The notes under the pieces were generated by a model. That model was not told the DNA's origin. It saw only the letters and a program-made list of their open reading frames with translations, and searched no databases. Both the position numbers and the translations under genes were made by a program. 7,330 nucleotides of DNA from Amoebophrya sp. A120. Taxonomy: Eukaryota; Protista; Dinoflagellata. Positions within the stretch are counted from its first letter, which is position 1, and every line of letters begins with the position of its first letter. The stretch is from positions 6,011 through 13,340 of the forward strand of contig CAJINV010000068.1 of assembly GCA_905178155.1 (NCBI GenBank), written 5' to 3'. This document shows, piece after piece, positions 1 to 7,107 of this stretch.

Positions 1-787
1 TGTCTGGCTGTCCGCACCCGGGCCCGCGCCTTGTTTGTCCGAACCTGCATGGTCCGCGACTTCCCCTCCTTTGCCCTCATCTTGCGAGGGAGCGCTCGGC
101 ACTTCAGCGCCTCCTTCTTGCTGTTTTGCTTCCTGCCCTTGCGACAACCCTAGGCACTCATCCAGGTACAAAGTGCGTTTCGTGCGGTTCATCTTCGGCC
201 AATCGCGGACAGGAGGGAATTTATACGTGTCCGCGCCGAACTCATAGACAGGCCACGTGGTGTAGCAGTTGTCACGTTGCGCGACGTTGACTATTTGCAG
301 TGGAACTGTATGCACCGGGAGTGATGCACCAACTGGCATGAAGTCCTTTTGGTGGCTCGGAAGTACTTCTTTGCGAACTTCGTATCCCAGGGCCTGCGCT
401 CCTTCTAGTGCTTCTGCCAGGCTTAGCACTATGCCGCGACCCTGCCTGAGTGGACCGCGGGCATTCGCCTGCAGCCTCTTGAAGTCAGAGAGCTCCACAC
501 CTACTTTCCGAACCCCATGGCTGTGCTGCGTGACAAGTTGCAGCAACGTGAGCGCGTTGTTGACATAAGCCAGAAATCTCCGCTCTTGTCGGCGAACTTC
601 TACCCTCAGACGTTCCATCTTCGTTTTGCACTGCGCGAACACATTCCCTGTGTTTCTCTCAACGCAGACTGTCGCTGACAAATCCGAGGACGCCCGGACC
701 TCATATACGGGCAGCCCCGGTGGCATCCTGCCTCGCCCCAAAGTGCGATCCTTGACAAAGCCCGCAACTCTAAGTGCACCCCTTTGC
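1..787 (-). CDS. Exon running off the window edge (QRGALRVAGFVKDR...KMERLRVEVRRQERRFLAYVNNALTLLQ...GPGADSQT)
   Basis: Minus frame is stop-free from 855 to base 1. It is absent from the ORF track because it has no stop in the window. The exon's 5' boundary (~782-790) is uncertain. Confidence 0.75.
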
Positions 788-3700
788 CTACCTAGCATGA
801 CAGACATGCTTTGAGTGCCCGGAAAATTTCTCATGCGCCGACTAGAAATGGCACTTCAACTGGAGTTGTTTTTTGCATTACAAATCATTTCCACTTTGAG
901 GATTTCCAACCTGAGGCTGTCATACTCGGTCTTCGCGTTTTTCATCCCGGACATATCGAAAGGAAAAACTCCCCCTCCCCATATCGAACAAAAGGCATGT
1001 TTCCGAAAATTTGCGTTGCTGATTTGACGTCACAAATCATATCTGTCTTGCAAGAAGACAAGGGCAAAAGCTTCGCCCCCATCATGGAAGCGATTTGCCA
1101 TGCTGTTGGGCCTAAAGGGCAGCCGTTTGCCATGCTGAACAATTAAACCGATACGCCCCTACATAGCCTGGGGATCTGGCCGCAGCGCATTCCTGCAATA
1201 CGAAGCTGATTTGTGTACACAAATCCAGCATGAGAAATTTCGTTTCGATATGGGGAGGGGGGATTTTTCCTCTCGATAGGACACGTCGCCGACGCTGAAC
1301 ATGATGCTGCCTTCTTCTGCACTGTTTTATGCATTGCAAAAGCATCGCACTAGTATAAATTGCAATACAAACTTCCTTAGCATGAGAAATGGAATTTGTC
1401 ATGCGGATTTGCCTTGATGAAAACATTTGTAATGCAAGACTTGCATTTATACGAGTACGATACTTTTGCACAGGATATGTTTAGGAGTGACGCGATTTCG
1501 CCTTTGATTGCTTCTGCATCCTCCGCGCGGGGTTTGCCCTTGGGACGCGACACCCCTCGTGTCCTGAGTAAAAACGTACCCACACCAGAGTCAAGATGGG
1601 GACTTTGCAACACAAGCCTAGACCTTTTGGAGGTCACGCATCACAAGTTGCAGCCCGTAGCGTAGTGCAGGTTCGCAAGGCCAGCTGCATCAGAAATCCA
1701 TCTGCTCATCCTGTTTACAGCAGTACAAATTACAAAACACGACTAAAAATGCCTCTCCTGGCGATGCGCATTACAAATGTTCCTGTCATTGCAAATCTGC
1801 ATGACAACTCTGGTGTGGGTACGTTTTTACTCAGGATACCTCGCAAGTCATACACCCTCCTTTCCGCTTCAGCGACGATCTTCGCGTAGACTTTCCCCTC
1901 TACTTTTCCCCGCTCGATCGCTTCTTTAACTAGCTTTTGCACCACCGCGACCTTTGTCTCCTTCAAACGCTGCGCGAATGCTTCTGGGGATACCAAAGTG
2001 AAAAATCCCCCCACCCCATACTCAAACTAGAGCTTCGCGATGCAGATTTGTGGTCACAAATCAGCTTTGTCATGCTAGAAGGGAAAAGATGCGGACTGTA
2101 GTGCTGGTTGGCGTGGGAAAGCCTTGCATCTTCAGCATGACAGGGGGCAGCTGGAAGTGGGAAGCAGCATGACAAATTGCCTGCAACCAAGGCCACAGGT
2201 GCGTCTCGTCTTGGCCTTCTAGCATTACAAGTCGATTTGTGTACTCAACAAATACAGCATCACAAATTTCGTTTTCGATATGGGGAGGGGGGATTTCTCC
2301 TTTTGATAGGGGAGAGGGGCTCCTCTTGCTGTAGTTTCGCGCCGGTTTCATCATGCTCCCCTTCAGCAGGTTCTTTTTCGCTCCTCTTCGTGTACGGTTC
2401 CATTTGCAGGCTGTCCGCGAAGAAAGGGATGCCGTCGATCTCAAATTGATCCATAATGGCTTTGTCTTCCGCTTCCGCGTCCGTGAGGGCAGGATTTCTT
2501 TTTTGCAGAGCATCCGCCGCAGACATAATTTTGTCAATCTTCTTCTCAAGATCTTCTTCATCTTCATCATCGCCTCCACCCTCTGCTAACGAGGACAGAG
2601 CTTCATACCGGTTGCGTATCTCCGTGGTCGGATCGAGGGACAAGCTCCGGCGTTTGTTCGCGGGCCTGCTGGTGCTTCGTCCCCGCCGTTTCGCGTGCCC
2701 CTGTCCACCCCGGGAGGTAGTTCTACTCCTTCTTGGCGCGCCGCCGCGGCCCTCATCCACCCGAGGGGACGAGGTAGCTCTACTCCTTCTTGTTCTTGGC
2801 GCATCTCCGCTGTGTGATCGTGCCCGATCGGGAGCTGCAGCAGGTTCCACAGCACCAGGACGGAGTCGCGACAGCCGCTCCGCAGCCTCCTGGCTCGGAC
2901 TTCTCTGCATCACAGAAAAGCCTGCGTGTTGTTCTCTCTTGACTTGCCTCACTTCTCCAGTAGCTTGCGCTTTCAACTTTTCCAGCGCTTTCCTTCTTTC
3001 ATCTATGGAGGCGCCGGGATCGAAATCGACAAAGTTGAAGTTGCAAGAATAAACAAATAATGGCTTAGGCTTTCCATGCATAAAATTGATGCTGATGAAG
3101 ACTTGGAAGCTGCCCAGTTTCGTTTGCATTTGCTCGTGCAAGCGGCGCATGACAAATTGAAATTTCGGCATCATCGAAATCCAGTTTGTGTGCTGTAAGG
3201 ATGACAAGACATGATCATGATCTTGTTTTGCCTTGCTACAACTTTTTTAGCAGCTCCATCTCTAACCCAAACAGGCTTACAGTCGGCCTCGCTTGTTGTT
3301 GCTGACACCCCTGCAAGACAGGCACCTTGCGCAGGAGCACCATTGCGTTTGATGATCTTATGCAGTCCATTCTTTTCCAACTTGACCTTTGTCGATTTCG
3401 GTTCTGACGCTTCCATACCCTCTTGCAACCGTGTACTGGTGGTCGGATTTGCCCTTCGCAGCAAGCTGTCCTCCGGGCCACCGGCCCCGTCCGTTTGTAA
3501 GTCAATAACTATGCGGCCAGTAGTTTTAGACATCAATGGATGGTCCTTTTCAGTGGCAGAGCTGCTCTCGAACCACGCAGGCACAGCAGTTTCCAGGGTC
3601 AGCGTTTGGGGCGAAATCCAATACTTCACGTCGCGGGCCATGCAGATCTGCTGCTTGATACGGTTGCGACGGCTTATTTGCAGCGCTGCAGCAGCTGCGC

Positions 3701-6700
3701 GTTGTGGTGCAACAACTTCCGATGTTCTACTTGTTGGTCGAGGTTGTGGCGGGGGAGCCGGCACGCTTGGACAACATTCGCCACAACCAGCCGCTCCACA
3801 AGAATGATCTTCCTTTTTCTGTCCGTACGCAGCGGCAAGCGATCCCAAACGACCAGCTCCGCCTCCAGCCGTGGCAGCTGCGCCGGGATGAAGTAGAGCC
3901 TTTTGCTTTGTCATCTCGAAGAAATCGCCATCCTTCGTAGCGCAAGAGTCCACGCTAGTACTACCTTGTGCGAAGTCATGCACTCCATAGAGCGGGCTCG
4001 CGATCTTGATCTTGTACCCTCCTAGTACGACGTCGGAGGAGGTACTACCGCCTGTAGTAACACGACGACCGGTATGGATTGTAAAAGTGTCTGGGTCTGG
4101 AAGTAGAATGCAACTTGTCATGCTAAATCTGAATCATGTAAAAAATCTGTGTTGCATGATTACCAAGAGCTGTCCACTTTTGACCTAGTCGAGAGGCAGT
4201 TTCTCATGCAGGATAGGCATGATAGAACTCTCCGAGAATCTGTCATGCTCTGTCCTACATACCAGACCTCAGGGGTCATGTACGATCTGCATGACAAGTC
4301 TGGCATTCTTCCAGAGGAGGACCCAGACATTTTTACACTTGATAACCCGTAGCTCCCCACCCAGCATGTTTTGCCGCCCAATTCGACGCCACGAAACGCA
4401 TCTGTATCAAACAAAAAAGCGCTAACCACGTTAACGGCCTTCTTACATTGCAAATATGCATGACAAATTTTTCCGAGCATGCATGCTCTGCATGACAAAT
4501 TCGGCCACGTTTTGTGACGCATTTCTGCATCACAAATTCCGTTAACGTTAGCACTTTTTTCTGTGATAATCTGGCACAGCACGCAAGGGTTCTTGCTGAC
4601 ATAGATTTTATTCTCGAAAAAAGAAGAAGTTGTTGCACTACTGACCACTGGTGGAAGTTGTTGTTGTGCTTCTTTATGAGCTGGTACAGCTTGTTTTTGG
4701 TGTAGTAGCTTCCACTCCATGAGATGAAGCAAATTCGTTTCCGCGTGTCGGCCTCTGAGAGTTTTGTCCGTCATACCCCCATATCAAATGTAAAAATGTC
4801 TGAGTCTGGAAGATTGCCAGGTTTGTCATGCACATTTTGCATGACTCCTGATGTCTGTGATGCATGCCCTAGCGTCACAGATTTTGTGAGGGCTTCCTGA
4901 TGCCTATACCGCATGACAAATGCTCTTTCCGAGTAGCAAAACTTGGACTCTCTTTGCTGCTCATGCAATACAGAATTTTTTGGAATCCAAAATCAGCATG
5001 ACAAGTTGGATTCTTCCAGACCCAGACATTTTTACATTTGATACCCCACGCTCCTGCTTGTCCACGTCCACGCGGACGAATTGAAGAGAAGCGACCTGTA
5101 TCAAATGCAAATGTGTCTGGGTCTGGAAATTTGTGATGCTGGGTGGCGTATCATGAGGAGGCCACAAGTGCTGGCGCAGCTAGCAGGACAAGTTTCTGAG
5201 CTTCTGGGTGTTCTTGCCTATTCTGCATGGCAAGCTGCGTTTCTGCGTGACAGAAGAGGAGGCTCTTGGGTAACGTGCATGACAGATGTAAGAGCCATAC
5301 CAGACAAGCATGACAAGCATCAACATGCATTCTTCCAGACCCAGAACTAAAAATATGCATTTCATAACCTTCTCCTGGATGAATCTCGCCACGAGGCTCT
5401 TTTTTGCCTTCCTGTCCTCGTCGTCCTCGGTTTCGGCTAAGAAAGCCTTCAACCCGTCCGACAAGGGTTCGACATCGAAGATTTCAGATATGACGGCGCA
5501 CTAGAAGTACCACCCTGCTCCCCCTCATTTTTTCTTTTCCACGCATGAAGAACAACAGCGAATTAATATACAAGAACAAAAGCACAAGCTGCACACGCGC
5601 AGCCTGTAACTGACAAGTTCTTCACGCGCCTCGCACAGAGGGACTGTAGTCCTAGTAGCCTTTTTGGGCTTCCGGAATAAAATCTGTCACGCAAACAATG
5701 AATAAGTACTACAAGGCAGCGCGACCGCGACCAGTGGATTTGGGAACTTGCACCATGACGAAGTCGAAGGTATGAGGGGGAGCAGGGGGACGAGTTGTGC
5801 ACTGTCATATGATAAGAGCTTAAAACCGGAAGAAGAAACGGATCAGCATCTCCACCATGATCTACTTATGCATTGCAAATATTATGTCTGCCTCCCTCTG
5901 GAAAATCTAAATTGTGGCTGTGCTGCTAAATTGATACTTAGGTACTTATGGATGACGATGAGTCTGGTGCTTTCCTTTCAACAGGTGCAGCTAAGCATGA
6001 CAAGTTCATTTGACGCCGTCTGATGCGTTGGGTATGCAACACAAGTTTTCAGAAAAGTAAACTAGACACGACATGCAAGACAAAGAACTACTCCACTTTT
6101 ATTGCAGACGACCCAGTAGTAGACGCATAAATGTATTTGCATTCGATACAGGAGCTTGACCAACAGTAGAAATAACACCTCCAACTCCGCGGCCTTGATT
6201 TGATGTATTTATTCCACGAGGACCTCTACCAGGAACAGTATCAAGAACAAAGCTTGCCTCCAAAACCGCTTTTAAACAAGCGCTGACCGCTTTTTTCGCT
6301 GTGTTCACGAACCGCTCATGTTCGTAACGATCGATCGGAACGCTTTCGAATGCTCCTGTCCGCTTTGTCGTCGCGTCGAAATCCCGCGCGTAGAAGGCGG
6401 TCTCCCGTAGCTGTTTAGTACGCCCCAGTTCTTCAAAGAAAACATCGCTCTCCTTGAAGGGTACCCGCGCTACACTCCCGGGAAGAAATACAGTCCGCAC
6501 CGGGGATGACGTGGCCATCGAGGACTTCTCTTTCTTGTAAGTACGGAACTTGGCTCTCAACAAGTCCCGACGGTCCTGCCAGGAGGGAGGGCGGGGGGGC
6601 GCGCCTGCTGAGCCTATGGACTGCAAATATTTATGTTGTCCGGGTCTGGGGTATTGTGATGTGGATTTTTGGACATTGTTTATGCGAACGCGTGGTCCTG

Positions 6701-7107
6701 AATTGGCGGCCAAGCATGTTGACCAAAAGTTTCATTTCAGTTGCTACGTGTTGCCTCTTCTGCATGGTATAATGCAAGCATCCATTCTGCATCTTCCATG
6801 ACAAAAAAAACAAAAAGGGCTTGATCGATGGGATGGAAATGGAATAATAATAAAAAGGTAAAAATACAAATAATAAACGAATGCATGTTGACAGACTTGA
6901 GAGTCATGCTCCAGCTGCTGGCACCAGAGAATTACGACTGACTACAAGCGTCCTTCTTGCACTCTTCCAAATGACCAATACATCATATTTGCAATGCGTA
7001 GAGCCGCCGGCGGTGCCTCCTCCTCGGTCCACACGCTTCTGTATCAGTAAGTTCGAGTTGAACGCGATAAGCAGTCGGCTGTTGTTGACATGATGTGGAG
7101 GGTTCAG
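1..7107 (-). CDS. Large multi-exon gene, partial at both ends (~1161 aa reconstructed from 14 exons), with a putative Zn-dependent cytidine/adenosine-deaminase-superfamily domain
   Basis: Model exons: 7107-7001, 6609-6149, 5861-5810, 5483-5367, 5093-5044, 4776-4569, 4399-4345, 4067-3418, 2998-2309, 1985-1839, 1554-1478, 1322-1279, 948-911, 787-1. They total 3483 nt with no stop. Removed lengths 391, 287, 326, 273, 267, 169, 277, 419, 323, 284, 155 and 330 nt each convert the upstream open frame into the downstream one. Junctions can slide within the 5-bp DRs, and the last intron is uncertain. Confidence 0.85.
789..931. mobile_element. Degenerate introner-like TIR element / intron
   Basis: Left arm TACCTAGCATGACAG (789) vs reverse complement of right arm GACCGAGTATGACAG (931). 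Motif variants at 795, 828 and 875. The DR is decayed (TTGCC/TTCGC). It contains the in-frame TGA at 858-856 that must be removed. Confidence 0.5.
911..948 (-). CDS. Micro-exon GMKNA(KTEYDSL)
   Basis: In frame after removal of element 954-1278. The 3' end is 911 if GT-AG intron 788-910 is used, or ~932 if the whole degenerate element is removed. Confidence 0.5.
954..1278. mobile_element. Introner/MITE family A, copy 1 (325 bp)
   Basis: ~35-bp TIR TATCGAAAGGAAAAACTCCCCCTCCCCATATCGAA vs TATCGAGAGGAAAAATCCCCCCTCCCCATATCGAA. Perfect DR GGACA at 949-953 and 1279-1283. Removing 330 nt gives FSVGDVS|GMKNA. Confidence 0.92.
1279..1322 (-). CDS. Exon SAEEGSIMFSVGDVS
   Basis: Open in the frame dictated by both flanking element excisions. 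Confidence 0.75.
1328..1477. mobile_element. Introner/MITE (150 bp)
   Basis: TIR TATGCATTGCAAAAGCATCGCACTAGTATAAA vs TATCCTGTGCAAAAGTATCGTACTCGTATAAA. Perfect DR TGTTT at 1323-1327 and 1478-1482. Removing 155 nt gives IASLLN|SAEEGS. Confidence 0.88.
1478..1554 (-). CDS. Exon VSRPKGKPRAEDAEAIKGEIASLLN
   Basis: Core of ORF 1377..1637. In frame with both neighbours after excision. Confidence 0.8.
1560..1838. mobile_element. Introner/MITE family B, copy 1 (279 bp)
   Basis: Perfect 30-bp inverted repeat 1562-1591 / 1807-1836 (TCCTGAGTAAAAACGTACCCACACCAGAGT). Perfect DR CCTCG at 1555-1559 and 1839-1843. The 284-nt removal can be read as GT-AG intron 1839->1556 and gives YDLRG|VSRPK. Confidence 0.95.
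1839..1985 (-). CDS. Exon EAFAQRLKETKVAVVQKLVKEAIERGKVEGKVYAKIVAEAERRVYDLRG
   Basis: Protein-like, helical-looking core of ORF 1730..2014. In frame with both neighbours. Confidence 0.85.
1991..2308. mobile_element. Introner/MITE family A, copy 2 (318 bp)
   Basis: TIR TACCAAAGTGAAAAATCCCCCCACCCCATA vs TATCAAAAGGAGAAATCCCCCCTCCCCATA. Perfect DR GGGGA at 1986-1990 and 2309-2313. The interior resembles 954-1278. Removing 323 nt gives EEPLSP|EAFAQ. Confidence 0.92.
2309..2998 (-). CDS. Exon: charged, low-complexity region (R/S-rich basic tract, then acidic GGGDDEDEED tract)
   Basis: Part of the 315-aa ORF 2260..3207 lying between two elements. Confidence 0.85.
2704..2810. repeat. Imperfect intra-exon tandem duplication (2 units, ~50 bp)
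   Basis: GAGGTAGTTCTACTCCTTCTTGGCGC (2714-2739) vs GAGGTAGCTCTACTCCTTCTTGTTCTTGGCGC (2771-2802), each preceded by TCCACCC. They encode APRRSRTTS / APRTRRSRATS. Confidence 0.75.
3004..3417. mobile_element. Introner/MITE (414 bp)
   Basis: ~40-47-bp TIR TATGGAGGCGCCGGGATCGAAATCGACAAAGTTGAAGTTG vs TATGGAAGCGTCAGAACCGAAATCGACAAAGGTCAAGTTG. Decayed DR TCATC/CCCTC. Removing 419 nt, or GT-AG intron 3418->3003 (416 nt), joins TRLQE to RRKALEK in frame. Confidence 0.85.
3418..4067 (-). CDS. Exon RRVTTGG...KIKIASPLYGVHDF...HSCGAAGCGECC...TTSTRLQE
   Basis: Core of the 316-aa ORF 3171..4121 between two elements. Confidence 0.85.
4073..4344. mobile_element. Introner/MITE family C, copy 1 (272 bp)
   Basis: TIR TATGGATTGTAAAAGTGTCTGGGTC vs TATCAAGTGTAAAAATGTCTGGGTC. 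DR ACCGG/ACCCG (4 of 5). Removing 277 nt gives GWGATG|RRVTT. Confidence 0.9.
4345..4399 (-). CDS. Exon RFVASNWAAKHAGWGATG
   Basis: In frame with both neighbours after excision. Confidence 0.78.
4405..4568. mobile_element. Introner/MITE (164 bp)
   Basis: TIR TATCAAACAAAAAAGCGCTAAC(CAC)GTTAACGG vs TATCACAGAAAAAAGTGCTAACGTTAACGG. Perfect DR ATCTG at 4400-4404 and 4569-4573. Removing 169 nt gives PCVLCQM|RFVAS. Confidence 0.92.
4569..4776 (-). CDS. Exon with deaminase zinc-binding motifs: GRHAETNLL...KIYVSKNPCVLC
   Basis: HAE at 4747-4739 and PCVLC at 4588-4574 with a 50-aa spacer. This is the HxE...PCxxC signature of the cytidine-deaminase-like superfamily. Confidence 0.8.
4782..5043. mobile_element. 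Introner/MITE family C, copy 2 (262 bp)
   Basis: 32-bp TIR TATCAAATGTAAAAATGTCTG(A/G)GTCTGGAAGA with one mismatch. Perfect DR CCCCA at 4777-4781 and 5044-5048. Removing 267 nt gives DKQERG|GMTDK. Confidence 0.95.
5044..5093 (-). CDS. Exon ASLQFVRVDVDKQERG
   Basis: In frame with both neighbours after excision. Confidence 0.8.
5099..5366. mobile_element. Introner/MITE family C, copy 3 (268 bp)
   Basis: TIR TATCAAATGCAAATGTG-TCTGGGTCTGGAA vs TATGAAATGCATATTTTTAGTTCTGGGTCTGGAA. DR ACCTG/ACCTT. The 273-nt removal reads as GT-AG intron 5368->5096 and gives IQEKV|ASLQF. Confidence 0.9.
5367..5483 (-). CDS. Exon IFDVEPLSDGLKAFLAETEDDEDRKAKKSLVARFIQEKV
   Basis: Frame of ORF 5180..5464 extended upstream to the element boundary. 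Confidence 0.82.
5489..5809. mobile_element. Introner/MITE (321 bp)
   Basis: TIR TATGACGGCGCAC...CCCTGCTCCCCCTCAT vs TATGACAGTGCAC...CCCTGCTCCCCCTCAT, with a perfect 16-bp inner stem 5513-5528 / 5772-5787. Decayed DR TCAGA/TGATA. Removing 326 nt is in frame, and so is GT-AG intron 5802->5501 (302 nt). Confidence 0.8.
5810..5861 (-). CDS. Exon DHGGDADPFLLPVLSSY
   Basis: Open in the frame required by both flanking excisions. Confidence 0.65.
5867..6148. mobile_element. Diverged introner/MITE, family-C-like (282 bp)
   Basis: TIR TATGCATTGCAAATA-TTATG vs TATCGAATGCAAATACATTTATG. GCATGACAA at 5995. The DR is essentially lost (CTACT/CAGGA). Removing 287 or 284 nt joins ORF 6099..6713 to the next exon in frame. 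Confidence 0.62.
6149..6609 (-). CDS. Exon AGAPPRPPSWQDRRDLLRAKF...ERFVNTAKKAVSACLKAVLE...VGQAP
   Basis: Core of the 204-aa ORF 6099..6713 between two elements. Confidence 0.85.
6615..7000. mobile_element. Introner/MITE, family-C-like (386 bp)
   Basis: TIR TATGGACTGCAAATAT vs TACGCATTGCAAATAT. Perfect DR GAGCC at 6610-6614 and 7001-7005. The 391-nt removal can be read as GC-AG intron 7004->6614 and gives GTAGGS|AGAPP. Confidence 0.88.
7001..7107 (-). CDS. Exon LNPPHHVNNSRLLIAFNSNLLIQKRVDRGGGTAGGS
   Basis: Core of ORF 6904..7131. In frame with the downstream exon after excision. Confidence 0.8.

Noticed and set aside
1564-1839. GT-AG intron using the CAG inside the TIR at 1564
   Set aside because: The 276-nt removal shifts the frame and hits a TAA after 27 codons. 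The AG at 1556 within the DR restores the frame.
1251-2292. G-quadruplex at TGGGGAGGGGGG tracts
   Set aside because: There are only two G-runs per arm, and they are explained as the TIR stem pairing with the C-rich arm.
954-5366. Recurrent 30-35-bp repeats as a CRISPR array
   Set aside because: The repeats are inverted pairs 150-400 bp apart from several families, not direct repeats with uniform spacers. No cas-like ORF is present.
5498-5803. GCACT as the TSD of a 296-bp element
   Set aside because: The inverted repeat extends further out to 5489/5809, and the 301-nt removal puts a TGA (5807-5805) in frame.
2260-6713. Minus-strand ORFs as separate genes of a prokaryotic or viral operon
   Set aside because: Their starts and stops fall inside TIR elements, and they join in frame on excision.
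6795-6880. A-rich tract as intergenic region, promoter or terminator
   Set aside because: It lies inside element 6615-7000, which has a perfect GAGCC DR and in-frame flanks.
954-7000. Paramecium-type TA-bounded IES excision (leaving one TA)
   Set aside because: That removes element length minus 2, which is 7 nt less than the frame-restoring length, so it would frameshift each junction and leave the 5-bp duplication.
954-7000. Bias of TIR mismatches toward G-U wobble on the transcribed strand
   Set aside because: A hand count of transition mismatches gave about equal numbers favouring each strand (~12 vs ~12), so this gives no support for RNA-level over DNA-level pairing.
35-7093. Plus-strand ORFs (e.g. 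2456..3052, 3211..3807, 811..1146)
   Set aside because: They are antisense shadows of the minus-strand exons or run through repeat elements, and show no recognisable motifs.
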